DNA from: Desulfobacterales bacterium
Lineage (GTDB): Bacteria; Desulfobacterota; UBA8473
Assembly (NCBI GenBank): GCA_016209225.1
Contig: JACQWO010000092.1
Span: forward strand, 24,511-88,510
Length of the DNA: 64,000 nucleotides
Direction: 5' to 3'
Below, piece after piece: positions 54,484 to 64,000 of this stretch. Below the pieces are notes generated by a model that was not told the DNA's origin, made no database searches, and worked only from the letters and a program-made list of their open reading frames with translations. Positions within the stretch are counted from its first letter, which is position 1; every line of letters begins with the position of its first letter. The translations under genes were made by a program, and so were the position numbers.

Positions 54484-54715
54484 AATATAAAAGAGAATAC
54501 AATGGATGTCAAGGAAAAAATCACTTGAAGGCTATGTTCTCCTTTTTCTTTTCTGTGTACATTCAGATAGAGAACATCCGGCCGATCCAGGAGGGGTCTG
54601 GGACATAAGCGCTAACTTAAGCGAAAAGAGGCGAGAAACACAATATCGGAGGTGGAGGGATGAGTTCACGTTTATTTTAAGAGATACGGGAAAGAAGGGG
54701 AGGGGATTGGACTTT

Positions 54716-55285
54716 TTACTGTGCTGTCTGAATTAAATGTTCTAGAAGTATTTTTATCCCAATACCAATCAAGGTTATACCTCCTATAATTTCAATTTTA
54801 TTCTCAAAAAGATGTCCATATTTATCCCCAACAAAAACACCGATGAATGACAGCAGGAATGTTACAATCCCGATTACTATTATTGGGGTTACAATGAAAA
54901 TTTTTAAAAATGCAAAGCTTACCCCAACAGCCAGGGCATCGATACTGGTAGCAACGGATAACATCAACAGAACAGAAGTATTCAGCGGGTTGGTCTTCCT
55001 TTCCGTTAGTTCTATCTTCCTCGATTCATAAATCATTTTACAACCAATGAAACTAAGAATCGCAAAGGCTATCCAGTGGTCAACACCTGAAATAAGATTT
55101 ATTAGGCCAAGCCCTGCTGACCACCCGATTAACGGCATGATCGCCTGAAATGATCCAAAAAATACAGCAATCTTTAAGGCGCCATTGGCTGTCAGATGTC
55201 TTATTGCTGCCCCACTTGCGATGGATACAGCAAGAGCGTCCATTGCCAATCCAAGCGCTATGAATATAATTGTAATCATGTGCAT
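54716..55285 (-). CDS. mntP: Manganese efflux pump MntP
   Basis: 189 aa; duplicated AMDALAVSIA / SIDALAVGVS motifs and six TM helices. Confidence 0.85.
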   Translation of the reverse strand: MHMITIIFIALGLAMDALAVSIASGAAIRHLTANGALKIAVFFGSFQAIMPLIGWSAGLGLINLISGVDHWIAFAILSFIGCKMIYESRKIELTERKTNPLNTSVLLMLSVATSIDALAVGVSFAFLKIFIVTPIIVIGIVTFLLSFIGVFVGDKYGHLFENKIEIIGGITLIGIGIKILLEHLIQTAQ

Positions 55286-55336
55286 ATCGGGTTACTTCCT
55301 TACAGCAAACAACAAGAAACCCCCTCCAGGATGCAT

Positions 55337-55801
55337 CTATGTTGTAAAGGCAAGGAGTTGGAAATAATCCTGCAAAATCTGAGCATGATCAAATGCCAAA
55401 TCCTCCGGCAATGTTTCTTTGGTGAATACACCAACCTCTTTTGCGTCATCATCAGCCTTTGGTTTTCCTTCAGCCGTGGCGATATAGACAGTTGTTACAT
55501 TATGACTTCTCAGGTCTCTTCCGGGGTCCGAATAGGTATGTAACTGCCTCTTTAACACAACATCGAGGGATGTCTCTTCTTTTGCCTCCCTTATAGCTGC
55601 GTCCTCTAATGACTCCCCGTAGTCAACATAGCCCCCGGGTAATGCCCATGCAATTGGCGGATACTTCCTCTTGATCAAGACAATCCCCTTCTCCAGTTCT
55701 ATAATAATATCCACCGTCAGAAAGGGGGGCTTTGGAACTTCAATATCTTTCTTGCAGTGAGGGCACTTTATGGCTGTCTTTTTCATAGAGGTCCTTTCCA
55801 T
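55337..55801 (-). CDS. NUDIX hydrolase with N-terminal zinc ribbon
   Basis: 154 aa; CPHCKKD and Nudix box [24 protein letters not shown]. Confidence 0.8.
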   Translation of the reverse strand: MERTSMKKTAIKCPHCKKDIEVPKPPFLTVDIIIELEKGIVLIKRKYPPIAWALPGGYVDYGESLEDAAIREAKEETSLDVVLKRQLHTYSDPGRDLRSHNVTTVYIATAEGKPKADDDAKEVGVFTKETLPEDLAFDHAQILQDYFQLLAFTT

Positions 55802-56102
55802 TTACTAATTACCATGCTTTTCTCTGGACAGTCAACTCAAATCCTACCAGCCTCTGTGATTCAGACATTAGACCATAGATTTCAGACATTAGACCAGGGG
55901 GAAGAAAATGGCCAGAGATTATACAAAGATAAAAAGAAGGTTTGAGAACACGGGAAAGGTTAATTTCCTATGTAGAAAAGTCTTAGGTCTAAAGTCCAGT
56001 GTCTAAATTGCAGTGAGGAATTGTTTTTCTTGTTTTTCTTTGACAAGCCAACAAATACATGCTACTTTAGGATAAAAAGCTATGTTAAAAGAGGAGGATA
56101 AT

Positions 56103-56621
56103 ATGGATAAAAAAGGAATCAATTTTTTAAATGTTTCAAATGATTTAAGAAGAGATAACTTATACCTTCTTATATCAGCAATTATAATGATTATCAGCCT
56201 GACTCTGCTCCCAGGTTGCGGCACTATACTTAAAGATGTAAGTTCGAAAGAAGATGCTACCGATGTAAAGCTTTTAAAGCCCCAGTCTCTCCCTGTATAT
56301 TATGACTTTGAGGATATATCTATTCCCCCGGAGCTTACGCTGGATAAAGAGAGGTCTTTTATTTATGAAGCATCCACATTCAAAACCGGGATCCTTGTAT
56401 TCAAGGGGCGTATCGACGCTTCTTCCCTGGCAACCTTCTTCCAGGAGAATATGAAGAAAAGCAACTGGGTTTTTATAAATAGCTTCAAGTATAAAGGCTA
56501 TATCCTGAACTTTCAAAAAGAAGACAAGAGCTGTTTAATCACTTTATACGACAATGTATTTAATACGATAGTTGAAGTTAGAGTCGGCCCTCTACATGGA
56601 AAAGTTGAAACGCCCAAATAG
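56103..56621 (+). CDS. Hypothetical lipoprotein
   Basis: Start moved to ATG 56103 behind RBS GAGGAGGA; lipobox LLPGCG. Predicted promoter TTGACA-17-TACTTT at 56040-56068. Confidence 0.4.
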   Translation: MDKKGINFLNVSNDLRRDNLYLLISAIIMIISLTLLPGCGTILKDVSSKEDATDVKLLKPQSLPVYYDFEDISIPPELTLDKERSFIYEASTFKTGILVFKGRIDASSLATFFQENMKKSNWVFINSFKYKGYILNFQKEDKSCLITLYDNVFNTIVEVRVGPLHGKVETPK

Positions 56622-56652
56622 TAAGCATTCCGGGGGCTCGGAGGAGAACTTC

Positions 56653-57864
56653 ATGCTAAAAGCCAGAAAGATTGTCCTGGGTGTTACTGGTGGAATAGCG
56701 GCATATAAGGCGGTTGAGCTGGTAAGAAGGCTTGTCAATCTTAATGCCGAGATCAATGTGATAATGACTAAAAACTCCCAGGAGTTCGTTACCCCTTTAA
56801 CTTTTCAGACCCTCTCCGGCAATAGAGTAATCACAGGATTATTTGACCTTCTCGAAGAATCTAAAATTGGACACATAGCTATAGCGCAATGGGCGGATAT
56901 CTTTGTAATTGCACCGGCAACTGCTAATATTATTGGAAATATCTCAAATGGTATAGCAGATGACTTTCTCTCAACAACTGTAATGGCAACCAAGGCCCCT
57001 GTGTTAATCGCTCCTGCAATGAATACCAATATGTATGAAAATCATATAGTTCAACGTAACATCAATGCTCTGAAGTCTCTTGGTTACCACTTTGTTGAAC
57101 CTGCTTCCGGGGGGCTTGCTTGTGGGACAGAGGGTCTGGGTAAGTTAGCCGAGATTGATGACATTATTGAAGAGATGGAATCCGTCCTATCTAAAAAGGA
57201 TCTTTTAGGAGAAAGGGTCATGGTCACTGCAGGTCCAACCACAGAGTTTATTGACCCCATAAGGTTCATTACTAACCGATCTACAGGAAAGATGGGATAT
57301 GCTGTAGCCAGGGTTGCCAGGAGAAGAGGCGCCGAGGTTACTTTAATAAGCGGCCCCTCTATGTTGTCTGTTCCTCAAAATATAAAATTCTTTTCAGTTA
57401 AGACGGCTTTAGAGATGAGAGCCGCTGTCCTTGACAGTTTGGAGGGTTCCACTGTCGTGATTAAGACGGCTGCGGTAGGTGACTATAAGGCTAAGGATGT
57501 CTGTTCAGAAAAGATAAAACGGGAAAGGGCAAATCTCATTTTGGAATTGGAAGAGACTCCTGACATACTATCAGAGATCGGCAACAAAAAGGGGGATAGA
57601 ATCCATGTGGGGTTTGCTGCCGAAACAGAAGACTTAATAAATAATGCAAGAAGTAAACTAAAAAACAAAAACCTGGACTTGATTGTAGCCAATGATGTAT
57701 GTATGGAAGGAGCAGGTTTTGAGTCCGATACCAATATAGTTAAGATACTGGATAGAGATGGTAGTATAGAGGAACTGCCCTTGATGAGTAAAGAAGAGGT
57801 GGCAGAAAAGATACTTGACAGGGTTGTGAAGATTAAGACTAAAAAATCAAAAACCCTGGGATAA
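56653..57864 (+). CDS. coaBC: Bifunctional phosphopantothenoylcysteine decarboxylase / phosphopantothenate-cysteine ligase
   Basis: Start at internal Met (MLKARKIVLGVTGGIAAYKA); flavoprotein N-domain plus CoaB C-domain. Confidence 0.9.
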   Translation: MLKARKIVLGVTGGIAAYKAVELVRRLVNLNAEINVIMTKNSQEFVTPLTFQTLSGNRVITGLFDLLEESKIGHIAIAQWADIFVIAPATANIIGNISNGIADDFLSTTVMATKAPVLIAPAMNTNMYENHIVQRNINALKSLGYHFVEPASGGLACGTEGLGKLAEIDDIIEEMESVLSKKDLLGERVMVTAGPTTEFIDPIRFITNRSTGKMGYAVARVARRRGAEVTLISGPSMLSVPQNIKFFSVKTALEMRAAVLDSLEGSTVVIKTAAVGDYKAKDVCSEKIKRERANLILELEETPDILSEIGNKKGDRIHVGFAAETEDLINNARSKLKNKNLDLIVANDVCMEGAGFESDTNIVKILDRDGSIEELPLMSKEEVAEKILDRVVKIKTKKSKTLG

Positions 57865-57875
57865 AGTAGTTAGGT

Positions 57876-58652
57876 ATGATTAGTCAAAAAAGCCTACTTC
57901 AAGATTTTAGGGAAATAGTACTGGATATTAGAGAATATCTGAGTTACCAAAAGGATATAGGTATAGAAGGTTTTCCAACCAATACTGAAAAGAGAGACAG
58001 CGCGGGTAAGCATAGTATATTAAGTATTGACAACTCAGGTGTTGGAGTTTATGAAGACCTGTCCGGATACGGAGAGGCAAAGGCAGGCAGCCTGATAACA
58101 TTGGAAGCCATTAGAAAAGAACTGGGAGATTGTAAGCGTTGCAAACTCCATTCAGGGAGAGGAAATATAGTCTTCGGGACAGGCAATAAAAATGCCAGAT
58201 TGCTCTTTGTGGGAGAAGGGCCAGGCAGAGATGAAGATATAAAAGGAGAACCCTTTGTGGGTAAGGCCGGTCAGTTACTTACAAGGATTATAAATGCAAT
58301 AAATTTGAACCGAGAAGAGGTTTATATAGCCAATATAATTAAGTGCCGTCCGCCTGGGAATCGAAACCCTGAACCGGATGAAATAAAGGCATGCGAGCCA
58401 TTCTTAACCAAACAGATCCAGGCAATAAAGCCTGAGATTATATGTGCCCTGGGTGCATTTGCTGCTCAAACCCTGCTTAAAACAGACGAAAAAATCTCTA
58501 AACTAAGGGGGAGATTCCATAGTTATCACGGGATTAAACTCATTCCCACCTATCACCCTGCTTTCTTACTCCGAAACCCCTATTTCAAGCGGTTTGTCTG
58601 GGAAGATATGCAGATGATCCAGAAAGAGTATTCATCATTAACCTCTAATTAA
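57876..58652 (+). CDS. Uracil-DNA glycosylase, family 4
   Basis: 258 aa; CKRCKLHSGRGNIVFGTGN...LLFVGEGPG and HPAFLLRNP motifs. Confidence 0.85.
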   Translation: MISQKSLLQDFREIVLDIREYLSYQKDIGIEGFPTNTEKRDSAGKHSILSIDNSGVGVYEDLSGYGEAKAGSLITLEAIRKELGDCKRCKLHSGRGNIVFGTGNKNARLLFVGEGPGRDEDIKGEPFVGKAGQLLTRIINAINLNREEVYIANIIKCRPPGNRNPEPDEIKACEPFLTKQIQAIKPEIICALGAFAAQTLLKTDEKISKLRGRFHSYHGIKLIPTYHPAFLLRNPYFKRFVWEDMQMIQKEYSSLTSN

Positions 58653-58671
58653 TCAGAGACATACAAATACC

Positions 58672-59976
58672 ATGTTCAATAGAAAATTTTGCTATACTGT
58701 ATTATTAATATTCTCCCCTCTTGTCTTTTTACTATCCTTAATCCCTTCTACTTCAGCTAAAAACCCTCATGTGAATGTTGCCAAAATAGATAGTATAATA
58801 AATCCAGTAGTTGTAGAGTTCATCGCAGAAAGTATAGAAAGGTCATCAAAGGACGGGGCAGAATGTTTAATCATCCAGCTTGATACCCCGGGTGGTCTTG
58901 ACCTATCAATGCGTAAAATAGTAAAGGATATGTTGAATGCTGACATTCCCATTATTGTATATGTTTCTCCAGGTGGTGCAAGGGCAGCATCAGCAGGGGT
59001 AATGATAACAATGGCGAGCAATATAGCCGCTATGTCTCCAGGAACAAACATTGGAGCAGCTCACCCTGTCACTATGGGTGGCCAAAAGATAGATACGGAA
59101 ATGGAAAAAAAGGTGGTAAATGATGCTGTGGCATATATCAAAAGCATTGCAGAAGAAAGGGGTAGAAATGCCAAATGGGCAGAAGATGCAGTTAGGAAAA
59201 GTGTATCTGTTACTGAAAAGGAGGCATTAAACCTAAAAGTAATTGACCTGATAGCTCCGGATATTAAAACCCTTCTTTTGGAGATTAATGGGAGGCAGGT
59301 TAAGACTGCAAAGGGGACTTTCACGTTGAATACAAAAGACGCAGAGCCTGTCTTCATCAACATGGGTATCCGTCACAATATACTTAATGTGCTGAGTAAT
59401 CCTAACATTGCCTATGTCTTGATGATGATAGGGTTTCTCGGATTGTATTTTGAGCTGGCCCATCCCGGCGTTATCTTTCCTGGGGTAATTGGGGCTATTA
59501 GTTTAATTCTGGCCTTCTTTGCCTTTCAGACCCTGCCTATAAACTATGCTGGAATTCTTTTAATAGTCCTGGCCATAATACTTTTTATTGTTGAAGTTAA
59601 GGTAACGAGTTTTGGGCTCTTAACCATCGGGGGTATAGTCTCCATGCTTTTAGGCTCTCTAATGTTGTTTGAATCCCCTGTGCCGTATTTACGGGTGTCA
59701 TGGGCTGTGCTCATTCCTGTAGTTCTGGGCACCTCAGCCCTGTTTATCCTCTCTGCAACCCTGGCATTCAGGGCTTATCTCTCCAAGCCCACAACCGGAA
59801 TGGAAGGGTTAGTAGGAGAGATTGGGACTGCAAAAACAGAGATATTACAGGAAGGTAAGGTTTTTATACATGGAGAGTATTGGAATGCCTATAGCGATGA
59901 AGTTATTCCAGAGGGAGAAAAGGTTAGAGTTTTAAAGATGGACAATCTTCGGCTGAAGGTGGAAAGATTAACTTAG
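58672..59976 (+). CDS. NfeD-family membrane-bound serine protease
   Basis: 434 aa; ClpP-like N-domain (IQLDTPGG...SAG), TM segment, C-terminal OB domain. Confidence 0.8.
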   Translation: MFNRKFCYTVLLIFSPLVFLLSLIPSTSAKNPHVNVAKIDSIINPVVVEFIAESIERSSKDGAECLIIQLDTPGGLDLSMRKIVKDMLNADIPIIVYVSPGGARAASAGVMITMASNIAAMSPGTNIGAAHPVTMGGQKIDTEMEKKVVNDAVAYIKSIAEERGRNAKWAEDAVRKSVSVTEKEALNLKVIDLIAPDIKTLLLEINGRQVKTAKGTFTLNTKDAEPVFINMGIRHNILNVLSNPNIAYVLMMIGFLGLYFELAHPGVIFPGVIGAISLILAFFAFQTLPINYAGILLIVLAIILFIVEVKVTSFGLLTIGGIVSMLLGSLMLFESPVPYLRVSWAVLIPVVLGTSALFILSATLAFRAYLSKPTTGMEGLVGEIGTAKTEILQEGKVFIHGEYWNAYSDEVIPEGEKVRVLKMDNLRLKVERLT

Positions 59977-60006
59977 TTTTTCAACACTTTAAAAAGGGGG
60001 TTTTAT

Positions 60007-60759
60007 ATGATTGGATGGGTTGTATTAGTTATGTTTCTGGTGATTATCCTGAGTAGTGCTATCAGGATACTAAACGAGTATGAACGAGGTGTTATCTTCC
60101 GCCTGGGCAGAATAATTGCCACAAAAGGCCCTGGCCTGATTTTCTTGATCCCAGTTGTTGATAAGATGCAGAAAGTCAGTCTAAGGCTGGTTACCATGGA
60201 TGTCCCTACCCAGGATGTAATTACCAAAGATAACGTGTCGGTGAAGGTAAATGCTGTTGTCTATTTTCGGGTCATGGACTCCAATAAGGCTATCGTCGAG
60301 GTAGAGAACTTCCTCTATGCGACCTCTCAGCTTGCCCAGACGACCCTGAGGAGTGTCTGCGGGGAGGTGGAACTGGATGAAATTCTATCAGAACGAGAAA
60401 AGATCAATCTGCGCCTGCAGGAAATCCTGGACCGGAGTACCGATCCCTGGGGGATTAAGGTCATGCTGGTTGAAATCAAGCATATTGACCTGCCTGAGGA
60501 GATGAAACGTGCCATAGCCAAACAGGCGGAAGCGGAGAGGGAACGGCGGGCAAAGATCATTAATGCCGAGGGTGAGTACCAGGCCGCTCAGAAACTGATC
60601 GAGGCGGCAGCCCTTATGGAAACACAACCCATGTCCCTGCAGCTTAGATACCTTCAGACCCTGAACCAGATTGCCGCAGAGAATAATTCAACAACCATTT
60701 TCCCTATCCCCATCGACCTGTTCAGGCCGTTTCTGAAGCTGATAGATAAGGAGAAGTAG
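60007..60759 (+). CDS. SPFH/band-7 (stomatin-like) protein paired with NfeD
   Basis: 250 aa; [11 protein letters not shown]...[25 protein letters not shown]. Confidence 0.85.
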   Translation: MIGWVVLVMFLVIILSSAIRILNEYERGVIFRLGRIIATKGPGLIFLIPVVDKMQKVSLRLVTMDVPTQDVITKDNVSVKVNAVVYFRVMDSNKAIVEVENFLYATSQLAQTTLRSVCGEVELDEILSEREKINLRLQEILDRSTDPWGIKVMLVEIKHIDLPEEMKRAIAKQAEAERERRAKIINAEGEYQAAQKLIEAAALMETQPMSLQLRYLQTLNQIAAENNSTTIFPIPIDLFRPFLKLIDKEK

Positions 60760-60865
60760 ACATTTGTTTCTTGGGAGCTGCTGGGGACACAGTATTAACT
60801 ATCACCAGACAGGAGTCTGGTGTTTTGACGGCTTGATAAATAATTAAGTTGGCGGGGGAGAAAAT

Positions 60866-61420
60866 ATGAACAGAAACTTAATCCTCATTGCCATCACAGT
60901 GGTCGTTTTTAGTGCCTATTTTTTTGGGTTAGCTTGTCGTAGCCTGTATGCGGCGGACAATATCCAAACCGCAGGCGATGTACTTATGTTCGTTTTACCA
61001 GCTACCGCTGCGGGTCTAACTTTTGGGCACTGCGATTCCACGGGTGCCCTGCAATTGGGCGAGTCGCTTGGAGTGACTTTGGGTGCGACCTACGCACTCA
61101 AATACGGCATAAATGAAACCCGGCCGAATGAGAGGGATAACCATGCCTTCCCGTCCGCCCACACTTCCGTTTCCTTTTCCTCCGCCGAATTTATCCGTAA
61201 GCGCTACGGGTTGATTTATGGAGGGCCGTCGTATGCCCTCGCAACCTTTGTGGCCTATAGCCGGGTTGAATCCAGGGAACATTACATTCATGATGTGGCG
61301 GCAGGGGCAGCCATCGGCATTCTTAGCAGCTACTTATTTACCAAGCCTTACAAAGGTGTTGATGTCAGATTAGAAACCGACGGTAAATACTACAGCCTCA
61401 ACTTCAATCTCAAATGGTAA
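60866..61420 (+). CDS. PAP2-family phosphatase
   Basis: 184 aa; FPSAHTS and SRVESREHYIHDV motifs. Confidence 0.8.
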   Translation: MNRNLILIAITVVVFSAYFFGLACRSLYAADNIQTAGDVLMFVLPATAAGLTFGHCDSTGALQLGESLGVTLGATYALKYGINETRPNERDNHAFPSAHTSVSFSSAEFIRKRYGLIYGGPSYALATFVAYSRVESREHYIHDVAAGAAIGILSSYLFTKPYKGVDVRLETDGKYYSLNFNLKW

Positions 61421-61656
61421 TGAAAAATCGATCTAACCCAGGCTGCCGGATTCGATTTATATTTACAATGTGCCCTAAGAAGGGGAATGGCAAAGAGCAG
61501 TCACCATACTGAAATAGAATCATTCAATGGAACAATGCCACGTGATTGATTCCCAATAGCTACCGGATAGCGGCTTAGTTTAACCCGGTTGTATCTGGAA
61601 TCCCGTTTAACTTCACTCCGGATCCAATCTTTATTGTTGCACAGAGATGAAATGAG

Positions 61657-62409
61657 ATGGACTGGTTTCTGGATAGAGCAATCGGCTTTTTCGTCGACAA
61701 CTTCCCATCATGGCAGGTTATCTCTATTGGTGCCCCAGTCGGTCTTGCCTGGTCGTTTGCTTGTCTTTGGTTTGCTGGACGCCTGAAACAGAACGGAACC
61801 AAAACCGGATACACGCGGAAGGTATTCCACTTTCTCATCTTCAGTACGGTGGCGGTCATTCAGTGGCGCTTCGACACCCCTGCTGTTTGCGTTTTCGGCG
61901 TAATGTGTACGCTCGTTGTCTTGTTCGCTGTGTGGCGTGGTGATGGGAACATGCTGTACGAGGCCATGGCCAGAGAGAAGGACGCTCCCCATCGGAGTTT
62001 CTTTATCCTGGTTGCGTACCTCACCACACTGGTTGGTGGCTTGCTCAGCAATATGCTTTTCGGTCCCCTTTCTGTTGCAGGCTACCTTGTGACTGGATTG
62101 GGGGATGCAATCGGCGAGCCGGTTGGAACAATGATCGGAAAACATCCCTACCGGGTGTTTTCCTTGTCATCTGTGCCTGCAACGAGAACCTTGGAAGGAT
62201 CAACGGCGGTGTTCATCATGTCTGCCTGCGCACTTTTGTCGGCGGCCGTCATCTCCCCGCACATCACTCTCTCCTCTCGTGGAATTCCGCAGGTTGTTGT
62301 CATCGCAGCGGCTTGTGCTGCTGCGGAAGCCTTATCTCCGCACGGGTGGGACAACGCCATCATGCAAATTGTCCCAACCGCGATGGTGTGGGCATGGATG
62401 ACCCCATAG
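61657..62409 (+). CDS. Integral membrane protein, possibly of the CTP-dependent dolichol/phytol kinase-CdsA superfamily
   Basis: 250 aa, polytopic; GDAIGEPVGTMIGKH resembles the CTP_transf_1 motif. It lies in a visibly GC-rich stretch. Confidence 0.35.
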   Translation: MDWFLDRAIGFFVDNFPSWQVISIGAPVGLAWSFACLWFAGRLKQNGTKTGYTRKVFHFLIFSTVAVIQWRFDTPAVCVFGVMCTLVVLFAVWRGDGNMLYEAMAREKDAPHRSFFILVAYLTTLVGGLLSNMLFGPLSVAGYLVTGLGDAIGEPVGTMIGKHPYRVFSLSSVPATRTLEGSTAVFIMSACALLSAAVISPHITLSSRGIPQVVVIAAACAAAEALSPHGWDNAIMQIVPTAMVWAWMTP

Positions 62410-62873
62410 AGGCTGCATAACCAACACATCGAACAGCTACGATGCGTTCCGTGCCGAGATTCAGGCGGGAGGGTCAAGGGGCTGCTTATTTCTTCTTCTC
62501 GTTGAACAGCCTGCGCTCAACTAGAGACCACCAATCATGACAGCCATTTCCCTCCGCTTCGTAGCAGCAAGCAATTCTGTCGTCTACTCACATTCAACCA
62601 GTAATCTTTGACCATCAAAGCTATGTTTGGGTAAAGAGTTGAAGGTGCAGTCGCTAGATTTGGGGGGATTTTTATTTTTTAACGAAAAAAAGGGGGGTAC
62701 GTCTAGGGGGCAGGTCTTGAAAAGTAAGTTTTTGGCAGCAAAAGAAGGTGTACTTGGGGACATCCCCAAAGGTCCCCCATCTAAAAGATCGCCCTCCCTG
62801 GATATTCCTTCTCCATATATTATGTCAAATTTAATCTCTTTAAAAGGCGGAGACACCTTATTCTTTACAACAC

Positions 62874-63117
62874 TTACCTTGGTTCTGGTTCTGCGTGTAA
62901 TTTCAAGCCGAGTGCGCCTATCACTTTAAGAATTGTATCGAATCCTGGGCTTCTTTCTCCAGAGAGTGCTTTGTAAAGACTTTCGCGAGACAAGCCGGGG
63001 CAGCCCGCGTCCCTTGAGACATGCCTTGGCCTGGGCAATATCGTCTGGAGCTTTAGCAATTAAAGCAACATCATCATTTGCCTCCTCAATGCAAGCTCCA
63101 AGAAACAACGCCCCCAA
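62874..63117 (-). pseudogene. Frameshifted and N-terminally truncated HigA-like addiction-module antidote gene
   Basis: Frame A: LGACIEEANDDVALIAKAPDDIAQAKA. Frame B: [46 protein letters not shown]. These are the two halves of one antidote family joined by a 1-nt shift near GGCATG. No toxin gene is adjacent. Confidence 0.5.
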
Positions 63118-63177
63118 GTTTCCCTACCTTCCATCATCACCGATACTGCACCCTATATTTATGTGGTAAAAATCCTC

Positions 63178-63206
63178 TTGACACACAAAATCCTTTTCCA
63201 TATACT
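63178..63206 (+). promoter_or_regulatory. Predicted sigma-70 promoter TTGACA-17-TATACT upstream of the J-domain gene
   Basis: Consensus hexamers with 17-nt spacer. Confidence 0.4.
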
Positions 63207-63330
63207 CTCCGTGAAAAAGAAAAGCAATGCCCTATCAAACAAAAAATCAAATCCAACAAACAAATCAGCTTTAAAGTAATGAAACTCTAAATTTTAGAGA
63301 ACCGATCAAGAGATTTATCGAGGACGCATA

Positions 63331-64000
63331 TTGAACGCCTACCATTATTCAGAACTCATAGGAGCCTGTCGTGAGCTGTTCGGTCCCGATATTGATCCTT
63401 CTGTGCTTTTTTTAAATTGTCTGAGGCATGAAGGGTTAAAGGCGGCTTATCGCCGTAGGGCAAAGGAAACTCACCCGGATCTCATCTCAGGGAGCGACTG
63501 CCTGCACGAAGCACGGCCCGTTGAGCGATTCATCAAGGTAAACCATGCTTACAACATATTGAATGACTATATCAGCATCCGGGCGAAAAAAGGCCCGACG
63601 TCTGACGTCTTCAAGGGTACTACCTCCGATTCTCCCTGCAAACCGGTCCGGAGAGAAAAGACCCCCGATTTTCAGGAACATTATTACCGGGGGAATCTTC
63701 CTCACAGCCAACTTCTCTTTGGCCGGTACCTATATTACCGGGGGATCATCTCCTATCAAACTCTTCTGGTCGCCCTTGTCTGGCAACGTAAAACCAACCG
63801 TCCCATCGGAATAATTGCCCGCGAATGGAAGTGGCTCTCCTATCATGACATTGTCGAGATACTCTCCTTGAATTTTGGCGGCAGGTTTGGCGAAAAAGCC
63901 ATCCGGCTTGACCTTCTGAAACCCCTGCAGGTCAACACACTCTTACTGCATCAGCTTTCATCTTACCGCAAAATCGGTCAGTATTTCACCCACCACAACC
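63331..64000 (+). CDS. J-domain (DnaJ-like) protein, partial, runs off the right edge; TTG start assumed
   Basis: Read by hand, with no stop in the window: LKAAYRRRAKETHPD contains the HPD tripeptide. Confidence 0.55.
   Translation, partial: MNAYHYSELIGACRELFGPDIDPSVLFLNCLRHEGLKAAYRRRAKETHPDLISGSDCLHEARPVERFIKVNHAYNILNDYISIRAKKGPTSDVFKGTTSDSPCKPVRREKTPDFQEHYYRGNLPHSQLLFGRYLYYRGIISYQTLLVALVWQRKTNRPIGIIAREWKWLSYHDIVEILSLNFGGRFGEKAIRLDLLKPLQVNTLLLHQLSSYRKIGQYFTHHN

Noticed and set aside
55286-55400. yybP-ykoY manganese riboswitch in front of mntP
   Set aside because: Only about 50 nt separate mntP from the NUDIX gene stop, and the sequence lacks the conserved yybP-ykoY core. Not supported.
56572-56652. 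Upstream extension of coaBC (MKLESALYMEKLKRPNSKHSGGSEENF)
   Set aside because: It overlaps the end of the lipoprotein gene. Conserved CoaBC starts at MLKARKIVLGVTGG.
62584-62929. Overlapping 90-aa and 100-aa ORFs in the GC-rich spacer. I considered whether they hide the missing HigB-like toxin.
   Set aside because: Neither translation resembles RelE/HigB-type toxins or any motif I recognise. They contain homopolymer runs (tttttaacgaaaaaaagggggg). Treated as non-coding.
63078-63290. 70-aa plus-strand ORF MPPQCKLQETTPPSF...
   Set aside because: Low-complexity. It spans a consensus TTGACA-17-TATACT promoter and the leader of the J-domain gene. Judged non-coding.

Overview
This 64-kb window comes from an anaerobic bacterium. 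It carries archaeal-type CO dehydrogenase CdhA/CdhB, CooC, tandem HdrA-like genes (one fused to MvhD) behind a polyferredoxin, FwdB/FwdA-like genes, two RND efflux operons (CusCBA-type and AcrB-type with TolC), a sigma-54 activator remnant, PolX, GlgC and CoaBC. This content suggests a Desulfobacterota-like sulfate reducer or acetogen, but that is inference only. I support about 55 protein genes. The rest are repeats, gene remnants and predicted regulatory sites.

Main observations:
1. A visibly AT-rich island at about 21.8-27.3 kb carries a HEPN/MNT toxin-antitoxin cassette bounded by about 30-45 bp direct repeats. It is followed by a retron-like locus with an unusual composition: a 584-aa protein with an N-terminal phosphoribosyltransferase domain plus two degenerate diadenylate-cyclase (DAC/DisA_N)-like domains, an NDT-like (nucleoside 2-deoxyribosyltransferase-like) protein, and a reverse transcriptase with the retron-specific VTG motif. 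Two structured non-coding stretches are candidate msr/msd regions.
2. A second, decayed defence island at about 12.4-16.4 kb holds a PIN toxin/antitoxin pair and HicAB flanked by two duplicated 3' remnants of a DNA-methyltransferase gene. One remnant abuts a 353-aa orphan with a PD-(D/E)xK-like motif, possibly a former restriction enzyme.
3. Two MITE-like repeat families are present. One is a 199-bp element with GAGAGCTTTGAA terminal inverted repeats (three full copies, one 53-bp mini copy, one partial copy). The full copies sit directly upstream of cooC, the polyferredoxin-hdrA operon and cdhA, and the partial copy truncates a vapC gene. The other is a GTAACTACTCAGG-ended hairpin element at three loci.
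4. A REP-like hairpin element recurs after stop codons inside the AcrB-type efflux operon.
5. Gene remnants include a sigma-54 activator C-terminus, a frameshifted HigA-like antitoxin and a truncated vapC.

Functional calls rest on motif-level reading of the ORF translations. No database search was possible.
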